Below are positions 40,301 to 53,852 of a stretch of 64,000 nt of DNA, in pieces. A model generated the notes under the pieces. That model was not told where the DNA came from and ran no database searches. It saw only the letters and a list, made by a program, of their open reading frames with translations. The stretch lies in contig NC_068989.1 in assembly GCF_001194135.2 (NCBI RefSeq), positions 19,450,468 to 19,514,467 of the forward strand, in the 5' to 3' direction. A program made the translations under genes and the position numbers. This stretch comes from Octopus bimaculoides. Its lineage: Eukaryota. Numbering within the stretch: the stretch's first letter is position 1; each line of letters opens with the position of its first letter.

Positions 40301-40689
40301 TCGACAAAGCAGAACACTAAACAGTTATGATGATAATCGTTACTGAAGAGCTTCAGAAATAGTCACATTTAATCAAAACACATCTTAATCATTTGTATGT
40401 AACTTTTATGAATATTTGTTAGTTTGTTGAAGTTACACTTTGTATGTGTTATATCATCAGTTTCACCGAAAGAAAGAAGAAACGAGCAGTTTTTCATTTA
40501 CGAGAAGAAAGTAAACTGAGCTGGAATCAACGTAATTTTTACAAATTTTATTTAGTTTATTTTACTTGCTAGTTATAAATTTGTTATCCACTAACTTACT
40601 ATTATTTTTGGACAGTGTTTATTTTCTTCTTTTTGTTTATACTTTAGGGTTACGCCACTCCAAAGAGTTATGTTCTCTTGTCATCTCCG

Positions 40690-41073
40690 TTTCTTTGTAG
40701 ATACGTCGCAACGCAGCGCGCGAAAATAGCATCTGAGACCTACGTGCATTAGCTGCTTGACTGTCTTTTCTTTCTCTTTTCATTTATTTTTAATGAAAAA
40801 AAAACCCCTACCTAAAAGATCTTAACAATATATCGAAACAAATAACGAACTAACATTAATCGTATATGATTACCAAAACAAAAGAAAATAGCATGTAAAA
40901 GCAAAAAGAACGATCCCACCAAGTGCTGAATATTCCATCCGCTGAACAACACTTTAGTTTACTTTCCTTTTTGTTCCTTTCCCCACATATATTTTTTCTC
41001 TCTTTCATAATATTGGCTGAATCTAAAGCGGGCTAAAATCTATAAAGCGTGCTAAATTTATAAAGCGGTAAGT
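40690..41073 (+). promoter_or_regulatory. Candidate alternative promoter / non-coding first exon ending at 41067
   Basis: CpG cluster GTCGCAACGCAGCGCGCGAAAA near 40705, three TAAAGCG(N)GCTAAA units at 41024-41067, consensus donor GCG|GTAAGT at 41068. Confidence 0.35.
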
Positions 41074-41892
41074 ATGCTGTTTATAGAATCTTCATATTTA
41101 TTCTAAAACTACTTGGTATATTTTGATATCGACTCTTCTTTTTCTCAGTATTGTTTTTAATCCTCTGTCACTCCTGATTTTGTTTGCTTTGTGTACGTGT
41201 GTTCTGCCGAACACACGTACACATTGCATTCCGCCTATGTGACTTAAGTTTTATTAACTGCTTCATACAGACTGAGGAATCGGTTTAGAGCTAAAACGCC
41301 AGAAATTGCAATTTTATTTTCGTCTCCCTGTAATTTCTTTGCCTTCATCATGCAAAGAAAGCCGTCAAGTTGTAACCTCATTTGTCTCCCCGAAAATACA
41401 CACGTGTGTACCAAGGCTTTATTAAACCGCCAACTGTTTTAACTCAAAACGTGCTCGACTCTGTGAGCATATATATATATATATATGGTGTGTGTGTTAG
41501 GGAAATAAATTATTTTATGGATAATTTTTTTAAGGTTTGAGATATAGTAGAACTAGTAATTATACGGTAGGTCACTCAAAAGTGTTTTATCTTCACTATA
41601 TGATATATATTACCATGTCAGATTCTCGTATTTATATCAATTACTTTTTTTGTTGTAGATATGGGTGTATATCTATCTTTTTATACACATACATGTTTTG
41701 AATGAAAATTGCAAGATAACCAAATGTTTTGTAAATTTGTTGGTTTAACACACATAACGCGGGTATAAATGCTTGTTTATTATTTTATGCGTAAAAATTA
41801 AGAAACTACTAAACAAATATGTGGTGAGAGCAGTGTTGTCTGTTATTCACCTTGATACCTACATGAAACCATGGTATGGATTTAAATATGTA

Positions 41893-41942
<50 letters not shown>

Positions 41943-43079
41943 ATGTATATATATATGATTGCATGTCTGTATATATGCATGTATGTATATATATGCATGT
42001 GTGTGTGTGTATATATATATCTATATATATATATTAAATTATGGGATGACCCAGGAAGTTATACTAATTTCTTGTTATCAAAACTGACTCGTAAGTGTAT
42101 TGTGGTCTTTGCAATGCACAATTCATAAACATTAATTTTTTAATTTTATATTTTCTTAGATGTTTCGGAGACTTACTCTTCAAAAATGTCAAGAAATTTC
42201 GGTTCATGCCCCCCCCCCCGCCTTCAACGTTTTAATATGTCGTTTGAAACAAAAGTAGGGGTAGGATGATAGGATAGTATCCCATATTAAAGAAAAAAAG
42301 ATGAGACTTTGATGCGTATGTTTAGGACTGAAAAGCGTTTGAAACTTAATAATCAAAACATATTCATTCGACACGCATTTTCTTTATTTTGCGAGCATAC
42401 TCACTCACACATAGACAACTGAATTTACAAACGAGGAGAATTGTTAATATAAGTTTTTAGTCAAATCACACACGCATACGAGACAACAAGGAAACATTTA
42501 AGCTAGAAATAGCAGCAAAATCTCGATCAAATNNNNNNNNNNNNNNNNNNNNNNNNNNNNNNNNNNNNNNNNNNNNNNNNNNNNNNNNNNNNNNNNNNNN
42601 NNNNNNNNNNNNNNNNNNNNNNNNNNNNNNNNNNNNNNNNNNNNNNNNNNNNNNNNNNAGAGCTGAAATTTAAAAATTAGACGGTATGGTACTGTGGTGC
42701 GATAAGAAAATGTAGGTGATGCTTTAGGGCACGGCCTCTTCTTATTTGTTTCCCGTTAAAGAATTACCGACAGCTCGGCTTGACACAGTGTAAATTCCCT
42801 TTAGTTTTGACCAAGTCGGTTTCTTGCAAACAAAACGGAACATTACCGTTATTTTGGGGTTGTGTGAGAGATTTTTTAGTGCTTTGTGTACATAGAAGAA
42901 ATGAGATCAATGACATGTAAATGTGTATGTATTTACGAGCATGTGTATATTGCAGTTGATGGTGTCTTGTGGTTTCTCATACCACGAAAATGTAATCAAA
43001 GCTGTTAGATAAAATCAAATGGAATATTATTTTTAAAGCTGGGTCTACATTAGTAGGTACTCGGGAGTTTTTTCGGGTT

Positions 43080-43360
43080 TTAAAATAAACGGTATTTGTG
43101 GGTTTATAACGCGCGCGTGCGCGCACACATATTGACTTAGAAGTTTCGCTAGTGTTTGGCTTCGTCGAGCTAACGAAGCCAACTGCTGGCGAAACTTCGA
43201 AGACAAAACTATTACAGATATTTGACTGTATACACTTGCGATAAATCCTTTCTTTGGTTATAATGTTCGATTTTTATAATAGTATATATATAAAAAAATA
43301 TCCAGATGAGAAATAGTAAGCAAGTGTATACACGTAATAATTTCGGGAAAGCGGTGCAGG
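43080..43360 (+). promoter_or_regulatory. CpG-rich promoter-like region with NRF1-type motif; probable 5' end of the + strand gene
   Basis: AACGCGCGCGTGCGCGC at 43108-43124 (reverse strand fits YGCGCAYGCGCR), unique CpG-retaining sequence, candidate donors AATA|GTAAGC (~43316) and GCAG|GTATAA (~43360). Downstream sequence becomes CpG-poor and TE-rich. Confidence 0.45.
43140..43198. repeat. 59-nt hairpin, 26-bp stem, 7-nt loop
   Basis: GAAGTTTCGCTAGTGTTTGGCTTCGT-CGAGCTA-ACGAAGCCAACTGCTGGCGAAACTTC, 25/26 paired counting G:U on the + strand. Confidence 0.85.
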
Positions 43361-43884
43361 TATAAACCTGCAATATTGGGGACCGTAAAGGGGGTGGGGA
43401 AATCCACTTTGTTTTCCTGTAGCTATTCCTCAACAGTATTGTTGAAAATAAGGCATTTGTTGTTTGCTACACGCCCCACCACCCAGTTCATTTCGAAAAG
43501 TAAACAAAAATATTTGAAAGTTTTCAGAAGAGGAATTTATGAATGGAGTTATCCGTTCCATTACTATCGATAATATTCAAAAATGATTCAAAATCTCTAA
43601 TGCTTTGAACATTAATAACCATTAAAAGCTAAATAGCCATAAAACAGTTAAAGGGAAAAAAAGAGGAAAAAAATCAATTATCTTTATTTTTCAAGGCGGA
43701 ACCCTAATATGGCTGCAGTCTAATGATTGAAATGAGTAAAAAAGATGAAAATTATTGGGATATTGAAATGATTTACCTATTTCGATGCATTTACTTACAT
43801 GAGGGCCTGGTTTTATTTTTGTACATTTCCTATTGATACTTAATTATTGTGCCACTTTCATCAAAGAATACCCTAGACATGTGC

Positions 43885-43919
<35 letters not shown>

Positions 43920-44246
43920 TATATGCACGAAGAGGCAACAATGCAGAGTTTGATAGTGCTCTTTAGTGTTGCTGATGGCAAGGCAATCTCTAGAGTGCTG
44001 GTGTCACAAAAAATTGCATCCAGTGCATTCTAAAGGAGTTGCTTTTAGAAGGGTATCTATTCGTAGAAACCATGCTAAAAATGACCATTGTGTTTTTTGT
44101 AAAAGATTTTTGAAAGACTATGGCATAAACTGGAAACATCTTTTCATATTGAGCGTAAATGTTTTTGTTGAGCAATGAAACAGCTTGCACACAATACAAA
44201 AACCTCTTTCCAAAAGATTTGTGTCAGTCTATTTTTCAAATTTTTT

Positions 44247-44515
44247 TTAATCCTTATGCATTCAGATTATTCTGTTAACTGTAATCCTTTGACTGTATTT
44301 TCAACAATGATGTTGAGACGTAGCTACAGGAAAACAAAGTTATTTTGAATTAATCTTGCATTATCTTGAAGCTTTGATTTTTTTTGATGATCTGATTGTT
44401 TATTTTTAGAATGATATTGTTGGGTAGGTTTGAGAGGCCAGATCTGGCCAATCTGAACATAAAACAAGTAGAATATTTGGGCTGGATATGACTAGTATAA
44501 ATGCTAAAGGGTTAA
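44247..44515. mobile_element. piggyBac-type MITE family 1 (other copies 58887-59107 and 61174-61698)
   Basis: TTAA(C/T)CCTTTAGCATT...AATGCTAAAGGGTTAA termini and a shared internal sequence in three copies. Confidence 0.8.
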
Positions 44516-44642
44516 ATACTTAACGTTTAAAAGAAAAATCTTCCTTTAAATATTGTGACTGCATCAAGTATATTTGCAAAAATGTTTTATATATATATAT
44601 ATACATACACACACACACACACACACACACATCTATATATAT

Positions 44643-45250
44643 ACTAGCAGCTTAGCCCAGTTTCACCCTGTTGGTTTGGATGATGTGGCTGTAAAACCTG
44701 TTCTGTGTAAGCATCCAACTTGTTTGGGCACACTTATACTAAAAAACAATTTTAGAATGACTTTTCTGTCAAAACGCTAAAAATAACTAACCAACAAAAA
44801 AAAAAAAAAACCAATCATGATTCAACCAAATCAAAAAATAAACCCGAATACTAAGTGAACAAAGATAAACAATCTCATTTCTATTCTGTGCGCGCACGCA
44901 CACACACACATTCACATACTCCACCTTTTACATACACATATATTCACACAGAGTTGAAACGCTGTTTGATTTATTTTTTTTCAGCATACAATTTTCAAAA
45001 TCCCACTACCAAGTATGACATCACCCCTTCCTTCCTCATTCATCTATCACCCCTTCCTTTCTTATTCATAATCACAAAAGTATTATTATAGTAGATTATC
45101 TCGGTAACCATAGGAGCTATAAAAAAATACAAAACCCAGTATCACCACCGGATCATTCTACACATCTGTGTAATTTTTCATGCAATTCCACCCTGCTGTT
45201 TGACCGTGAATCCCAAGACAAGAAAGAATCGCCCATGTCAAATTTATATG
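44643..45250 (+). mobile_element. Helitron/Helentron-like non-autonomous element (similar starts at ~9938; related body 9590-9900)
   Basis: Starts TACTAGCA..AGCC(C/T)(A/G)GTTTCAC within (TA)n, body with aatttttcatgcaattcc-type motifs. Family assignment from recalled patterns only. Confidence 0.35.
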
Positions 45251-45485
45251 TATACTCTTACTCTTTTACTCGTTTCAGTCATTTGACTGTGGCCATGCTG
45301 GAGCACCGCCTTTAGTCGAGCAAATCGACCCCAGGACTTATTTTTTGTAAGCCTGGTACTTATTCTATCGGTCTCTATTGCCGAACCGCTAAGTTACGGG
45401 GACGTTAACACACCAGCATCGGTTGTCAAGCGATGTTGGGGGGACAAACACAGACACACAAACATATACACACACACATACATAC

Positions 45486-45544
<59 letters not shown>

Positions 45545-48500
45545 CGACGGCCTTCTTTCAGTTTCCGTCTACCAAATCCACTCACAAGGCTTTGGTCGGC
45601 CCGAGGCTATAGTAGAAGACACTTGCCCAAGGTGCCACGCAGTGGGACTGAACCTGGAGCCATGTGGTTGGTAAGCAAGCTACTTATCACACAGCCACTC
45701 CTATATAATATATATAATTGTCCATGTTAGTCTTTCCATGCTGGCATATATTGTATAGATGAGCGAGCAGAGGTACTGACTAAATAGATTGATAATTGAG
45801 GACCGTGTCTTGCTTCTCTGTCTCATTTTTAATGTTTTCTACAGTTGAATGCTTGAATACCCTTCCTATTGCCAGCAGCTTTAGAGGAGTATACTACTTG
45901 CATGTTACTGCTGAACAAACATAAGAGTTGTTAAGCCTCTTACCTCATAAAAATAGTGTCCTCTTTATCATTTATAGTCTCTGTTTGTTTACCAGTAATA
46001 GAATATTCTCATCCCTGATAGGTTTAAGAAAGAACCACCTGACTGGCCTTCGTGCTGGGAGCACGTAAAAGCACCCACTACACTCTCGGAGTGTTTGGTG
46101 TTAGGAAGGGCATCCAGCTGTAGAAACTCTGCCAAATCAGATTGGAGCCTGGTGTAGCCATCTGGTTCACCAGTCCTCAGTCAAATCATCCAACCCATGC
46201 TAGCATGGAAGGCGGACGTTAAACGATGATGATGGGGGGGGGGGGGACTAAAACAAATAAGTGCTAAAAGGGTACTGCATGTTTGATGGTTGTGGGGTAA
46301 GGAGATTGGAAATGGCATGTGTGGAGTAATGGGAAAAGAGTAAATGCTGAGGTAGAAAATGTGAAGAGAGTGGTGGATATCAAAATGAATGATAGAACTG
46401 GGTGTATTAGAGAAGAAGGATGACAGTGAGTGATACGGTAGGAAGTATTGGAAGGAAAGAAAGTGATGGTTACTCTTTTACTTGTTTCAGCTATTTGACT
46501 GCAGCCATGCTGGAGCACCACCTTTAGTCGAGCAAATCGACCCCAGGACTTATTCTTTGTAAGCCTAGTACTTATTCTATCGGTCTCTTTTGCCGAACCG
46601 CTAAGTTACAGGGACGCAAACACACCAGCATCGGTTGTTAAGCGATGTTGGGGGACAAACACTGACACACAAACACATATATATACATATACATATATAC
46701 GACGGGCTTCTTTCAGTTTCCGTCTTCCAAATCCACTCACAAGGCTTTGGTCGGCCCGAGGCTATAGTAGAAGACACTTGCCCAAGGTGCCACACAGTGG
46801 GACTGAACCCAGAACCATATGGTTGGTAAGCAAGCTACTTACCACACAGCCACTCCTAGCTAAAAAAATTTTTTTAAATTTTTAGTTAATGTGCAATCTC
46901 ATCTGACAGGTATGAAGATAGGAGAAATACAAGATACTAGGAATACAAATTGATAGTAGAGTGACAGGTTCAGGGCATTTAGTGTACACTTTATATTGGT
47001 ATGTATATGTGTATATATGAACGAGCATGTATAAATGTATCTGTGTGTACATATATATATATAAGTATATGTGCGTGTAAAAAGCATCCAGTCTACACTG
47101 TAAAGTGGTTGGCGTTTGGAAGGGCATCCAGCTGTAAAAACCATTCCAAAACTGACTTTGCCTGTGCTGGTGCCATGTAAAAAGCATTCAGTTCACTCTG
47201 TGAGGTAGTTGGTGTTAGGAAGGACATCCAGCCGTAAAAACCATGCCAAAAAGGACACTGAAATCTGGTGCAGTCTTATACCTAGCCAGCTCCTGTTAAA
47301 CTGTCCAACACATGCCAGCATGGAAAGCAGATGTTAAATGAGGATGATATATTGTTTATGTACTTGTTTTCAAGTTTCTTAATGCAAACTTGTGAGTTGA
47401 AACAGATGTTCCTTGGGAGGGTCATTATGCCTATAATAAACACACACACAGATCTATTTCATTCCTTTATTATTTGTCAATTGGTTAACTGTTTAGCCAG
47501 TTAACTAATTAGTTCTTTGATTAATTATTTAGTTAATCAATCAGTTATGTTTGCCGAAGTCCTTTCATTGGCATTTGCAATCTCATTAGTAACATGATCT
47601 CTCTACTCCAGGTCAGCTTCAGGGTTGTCTATCTTTTAGTTTTTAGGTTCTGTATTTATGTAGTTGTATGGATGTGAGAGGGTGTGCATATATGAACATG
47701 TACTGATGTGCATTTGAATGGCATAGTTCATTCTGGGAATAAATGTGTTAGATGTATGTGTGCATTGGCGTATGTATATGGTGTGGAATTTGTGAAAAGT
47801 GTGGATGGTAAAACATTTCTGTATATCTTTATTTTATTCATTAGTGCTTTTGTCTGTTTGATTGGTGCGTATATCATCCAACTGTGTTACTTTTATTTGG
47901 GATGGTACAACAACTGCATATTATTGGGGAAACTGCCAGGAGTATATCAGGGAGAATGGAAGTACATTAAAACAAATATTGTGATAAGAAACCTAAATAT
48001 GATGGCATACTGAATAGCATAAGCATAAAGATCTTAACAATAGATATATGAAATTATGCTAATAAATTAATGGAAACCATCACTTAATAATATAAGAAAA
48101 AAACTTAAAATGTAGAGACCATACCATCACTACCTATAAACATATGTGTATATTTATATGTATATGTGTGCATATGTATGTGTATAGGTTTGTGTTTCTG
48201 CATATGTGTGTATATGAATATATATGCATATATTTGTATGTCCATGTGTATATGTAAATGTATATATATGTATGTAAATCTATCTACTTATGATATATGT
48301 ACACAACCCCTAATAGAGTTATTAGAAGGGAGATAATTATTTTGCTAATTTGAAATTGTAATTAAGGAATAATAAGGAAAAGGTACATAGAATTCAGATA
48401 TTTAATTTCTTGTGTTTACTTAATACAAAGTTTAAAAAAATTTTAATCATTGTTAATCATGTATTGAACTATTTCATTCTTCAGAAATTCTCAGTATGAC

Positions 48501-48639
48501 ATAACCTGTGACTTATTAATGAAATATTTTATGAAGTGAGACATTTCACAAATGGTTGAAATAATTACAGTCTAGAGGAATTACATAGAATGTTTTATTT
48601 TTCTTCTTACAATATAAGTGAAATAGAAAGTTCTTAGGG

Positions 48640-49340
48640 GAATTATTTTTTTCTTGGCCTTATTTTGAAGAGTGTGGCTGTGTCATACTGGAGAATAACA
48701 CCTTTTCTGTTTACCAAAGCTACCCATGTTTGACATAATTTTTCATTTACACAATCAAGTTGTTGGCAAGAGACATCTACATTGATGGTTCTTCCATGTT
48801 CCTGTAGCATGGATTTCTGGTTTTGGTGTTGGCACTGGCCTCTTGTTATATGATAACCATTGTCTTTTTTGTTTTTTGTTGTGATGCAAAACCCATTTTT
48901 CATCACTTGTAACAACACGCTGCAAAAATGACAGGTTGTTATTCCTGGTTAGAACACTGTTGCAGATGGAATGTTGTGTTCAGTTCTCAAGCATAAGCTC
49001 ATGTGGAACCCAAATTCCCTCTTTGCATATTTTCCTAATTTGCTCAAGGTGTTTGAGTTGAATACAACACATAAAATCGTTGTGTCAAACCTCTGGCACT
49101 TTGACTTGGATCTGACACAAAAGTTTCATTCAGAAGTTCATCATTCAGAGTGGATTATCTTCCATTAGCAAGGCTTGTCAGATATGTCACAGTCACCATC
49201 TTTAAACGTTTTAAACCATGGCTGACATGTACAAGCTTTCATTACATCCAGATACACTTCACAAATGTTTCCCATTGCTTCTGTAGTGGTAGTTTTCTTT
49301 CAAAACTCATGTAGTTAGCAATGGCAAATATGCTGTTTTA
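48640..49340 (-). mobile_element. mariner transposase relic
   Basis: EAMGNICEVY...WFKTFKDGDCDISDKP, QRVVTSDEKWVLHHN, TINVDVSCQQLDCVNEKL...LVNRKGVILQYD. Confidence 0.85.
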
Positions 49341-50138
49341 TAAAGTTCTTATCCTCCATGGGGTTTATTACTGAAATAAATGAATAACACACTGTCAGAT
49401 AGAAGAGATGATATACTATTTCTAGACAGTTCCTACCCATTCAACCATGGCTCTGGTGTGATTGGTTGGTTTATATTTCAAAGTGGTGAAAAAACGCAAT
49501 TACTTTCTGAACATGCTAATATTTTGGAATATGTAGTTTTTTTTTTTTTCAAAATAATTTGATTACAATAATCTGTTTCACAATGCACTTTGTTTTTGTT
49601 TCTTTTATCCACGTTTAAGTGGCAATAAACATTACTTTTTAGTATAAATACTGCTTCCATCTCTAATAGAGATTTTCTTAATAGACTAGTTTGGTTGTTG
49701 CAAAACCAGTGACTGTGTGACACTGTTTTTTCTATATATTGCAAGCTGGATTAGACAACTGCACTGTCTATCAGATGAATATCCATCACTGAATATGATC
49801 TAACAAGATCAAAATCACATGATCTGGTGGTCTCTCTGCTTGCAATATATATCGAGTGCGAAGCACACTGACTGGCTAGCTGGAGGAAGCATCCTTCTGG
49901 GGTAAAATAGCAGAATTGTCTGCTCTTACAGAACACCCACGTTCAAGTGGTGATAAGTGGTGATAAACATTTCTTCTCAGCATAAATACTGCTTCCATCT
50001 CTAATAGAGATTTTCTTAGTAAACTAGTTTTCTAGTTATAATAATATACTTTTGGAATTAATTGATTGCACTGTAAAAGGAAAACCGCATTTTCTAATTT
50101 TTCCACATCTCTTGACTCATGTGGAATATTTTAAACCT

Positions 50139-50246
50139 CTTTCTCTCTCTCTCTCCTCTCTCTCTCTCTTTCCTCTCTCTCTCTCTTTCCTCTCTCTCTC
50201 TCTTTCCTCTCTCTCTCTTTCCTCTCTCTCTCTTTCCTCTCTCTTT

Positions 50247-50280
<34 letters not shown>

Positions 50281-50295
50281 TCCCCCCCCTCTTTC
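50139..50295. repeat. (CT)n/(CTTT) polypyrimidine-polypurine tract
   Basis: Directly visible; produces the spurious RE-rich and SL-rich ORFs. Confidence 0.95.
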
Positions 50296-50814
50296 TCATA
50301 TATAAACAATCACACAACAGGCTTCCACACAGCTTTCGTCTACCAAATTCATTTACCAGGCATTGGTCAGTCTCAGGCAATGGTAGTAGACACTTGGCCA
50401 ACGTGCTCATTTGAACCTTGCTAACCTCAAGTGTAGTTAATAAACCACCTTATTGATATTACCAGCTTATAGATTGGGAAATAAATTTAATATCCTGGTC
50501 AGGAACCCTGAATAAGTGATTTTTACAAGATTTTTTTTGTATGGTTCTTATTAAAATATCTTCGCTTAACTGATGCAATGCCCTACTACTTTGTGAATTT
50601 CATACCATGTGTGTGTATGTATACACCCACACATACACAAGCACAGGTGTGGTTGAGAACCGCACTTCCTAACCAGGTGTCTTGGGTTCAGACCCACTGC
50701 GTAGTACCTGGGGCAAGTGTCTTCTACTATAGTGTTGCACTGATCAAAGTGTTGTACATAGATTTGGTAGAAGGAAACTGAAAGAAACTTGTTGCATGTG
50801 TGTGTGTGTGCTAT

Positions 50815-53010
50815 ATCATCATCATCATCATCGTTTAATGTCCGCTTTCCATGCTGGCATGGGTTAGACAGTTTGACTGAGGACTGGTGAGCCAGAGGCT
50901 GCACCAGGCTCAATCTGATCTGGCAAAGTTTCTATAGCTGGATGCCCTTCCTAACACCAACCACTCCGAGAGTGTAGTGGGTGCTTTTACATGACACCAG
51001 AATGAGGGCTAGTCAGACGGTTCTGGCAATGACCACACTCAAAAGGTGTTTTTTTACGTGCTACCTGCACGGGATCGAGTCCGGCGGCACTGGCAATGAT
51101 TATGCTCGAATGTTGTTTTTCACGTGCCACCAGCACATGTGCCAGTAGGGCGACTCTGGCAATGATCCCGCTTGAATGGTGCTTTTCACATGCCACTGGC
51201 ATGGGAGCCAATCCGTGACCCTGGCAATGATCACGCTTGGATGTCCTTTTAATGTTTCACTGGCACAAGTGCCAATCAGGTGGTACTATCATTGGCCACA
51301 TCAGCCATTTTGATTTCACTTGCCTCAATAGGTCTTCGCAAGCAAAGTTTATTGTCCAATGAATGATGGGTATTCATAAAGTGGGCTGGTTCCACCCACT
51401 GGCATAGGCCATGGTCTCACTTGGCTTGTCGGGTCTTCTCAAGCACAGCATATCTCCAAAAGTCTTGGTCACTAGTCATTGCCTCGGTAAGGCTCAATGT
51501 TTGAAGGTCGTGCTTCACCACCTCATCCCAAGTTTTCCTGGGCCTACCTCTTCCACAAGTTCCCTCAACAGCTAGGGTGTGGCGTTTTTTCACACAGCTG
51601 TCTTCATTTCATTCATTTGCAATACATGACCATACCAGCGCAGTCATCTCTCTTGCACACCACATCTAATGCTTCTTAAATCCAACTTTTCTCTCAGGGC
51701 ACTTACACTCTGTTGTGTATGCACACTGACATTACACATCCAGCAGAGCATACTGGCTTCATTCCTTGCACGCTTATGCATGTCCTCAGCAGTCACAGCC
51801 CATGTTTCACTGCCATGTAGCATGGCTGTTCGTACATGTGTGTCATATACTCTGCTTTTTACTCTGAGTGAGAGACCCTTTGTCACCAGCAGAGGTAGGA
51901 GCTCTCTGAACTTAACTTTGCCGAGGCTGTTCTTGTTCTAGCGGCTACACTTTCAGAGCATCCACCCCTGCTACTGAGTTGGTCCCCTAGGTAACGAAAG
52001 CTATCAACTACTTCTAGTTTTTCTCCCTGCAATGTGACAGAAGCTGTTCTCTGTACATTTTCAGTGTTTATAGCACCTGCGCATTTGCCACATACAAAAA
52101 CTATATTCCCTTTGATATTGCTGCATCTCTTATGTGTCCATAGCTTACACTGGGTACATATTATGGAGTTTCTACCTATGCCTTTTCTACAGATCGAGCA
52201 GGGCCATCTACCTGAAGGGATTTGTGGTTTGTCTGCCTTATTAAGACTTTGGTTTTAGCTAGGTTGACTCTAAGGCCCTTTGATTCTAATCTTTGCTTCC
52301 TCACCTGAAACTTTTCCTCTAGTTCTGATAGTGACTCACCAATTAGAGCAATGTCATCAGCATAAAGAAGCTCCCAGGGGCATCCTGTTTTGAATTCCTG
52401 TGTTATTGCCTGGAGGACTATAATGATTAAGAGGGGGCTGAGGACTGATCCTTGGTGGACCTCTACCCTACGTGGAATTCTTCACTGTACTCGTTGCCAA
52501 CCCTCACCTTATTGACAGCATCCTTGTACATGGCTTGCACAGCTCTCACTAACCATTCACGTATCCCTAGTTTCCTCATTGACCACCAGACAAGGGATCG
52601 GGGGACCCTGTCAAAGGCTTTCTCCATGTCAATGAAAGCCAGGTACAGAGGTTTATCTTTGGCTAGGTATTTCTCTTGCAGCTGTCTTACCAGAAATATA
52701 GCATCAGTGGGGCTTTTCCCTGGCACGAACCCAAACTGCGTCTCATCTAGACTGACTCTCTCCCTAATTAGTTGGGCTATGACCCTCTCTATGACCTTCA
52801 TTATCTGATCCAACAACTTGATACCTCTAATTATTTGTATCTAATGCATGACCCTTACCTTTGTAGCAGTTGACTATGGTGCTGCTACACCAGTCATTGG
52901 GTATGACTCCTTCATGTATCACCTGGTTAACTATACGGATGACTAGGCTACAGCCGACACTGCCAGATATGTTGAGCATCTCTGCGGTGATTTTTGATGG
53001 GCTGGGGGCT
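50815..53010 (-). mobile_element. Longest RTE LINE copy: RT, PHD-like finger, C-terminus, tandem-repeat 3' UTR
   Basis: QFGFVPGKSPTDAIFLVRQLQEKY, FIDMEKAFDRVPR, VHQGSVLSPLL, ELLYADD, CSIC..CTQC....HKRC..CGKC, MLHGSETW, (CAT)n tail at 50815. Confidence 0.9.
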
Positions 53011-53852
53011 TTATATATATATATGTAAATAAATAGAAAGGTTTAATAGTCTAAGACATACAAAGACACACATACCTTCTGTTTACAAGAGTGTACAGTT
53101 ACACACCAATCCACGTATACATAGTTTAATAATGTATTGTTTATATCCAACAGTGTGTGAACATGCATGTACATATAGTATATCTGAAATGCCCATCATT
53201 GTATGAAAGTGTTCTTTATATTGTACATCAGTTTGGTTTTCTACATTTAGCTGCAAATTTGGAAGATCAAACAGTGGTATGTGTCTATATTTTAACTGAA
53301 GGCTTTTGATTTAAGGATGAATATGTCTTTAAAACAAAATTTCGTTAGCGGCTCCCAAAATTTGATTTTTGTCATTACGTGCAGTAGATGTTTGGAAAAC
53401 TATATTGGGCAAATTAGATTATCACTATACAGGAGAATGACAATGCATAAACAACAGGTTGATAACAAAAAAATCTAGAAAATGCACACACATACCAAAA
53501 TCTACTCACAAGGCTTAGGTCAACCATAATCTTTTGTAGCAGGTATATACACACACACACACGTATATATGTATACACTCAAACACATTGGAGGATGCCA
53601 ATCTATTAACTGGGTTACATCATGACCCAAAACTTCTCACAGCATCATACACCCATACAATCATCATACAGATAATTGTATCAGTGTCATCTTTCCTGTG
53701 AGCAACTCAACACTTCCATTTTATTTGTTAACATCCATCACCTCTGTTATCTTGGAACTTTCCACATCTCTAGACATCAGTCTCCACCAACCACTTTTTC
53801 ACCACAGCCACTTTCTGTCATAAGGTAGGAGCAGGAACATACAACAAGATAT

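Noticed and set aside
40328-40390. ATGATGA box C-like motif
   Set aside because: Only one nearby CTGA, and no terminal box D or stem.
50052-50424. RE-rich and SL-rich ORFs resembling SR-like or membrane proteins
   Set aside because: Translation of the (CT)n tract.
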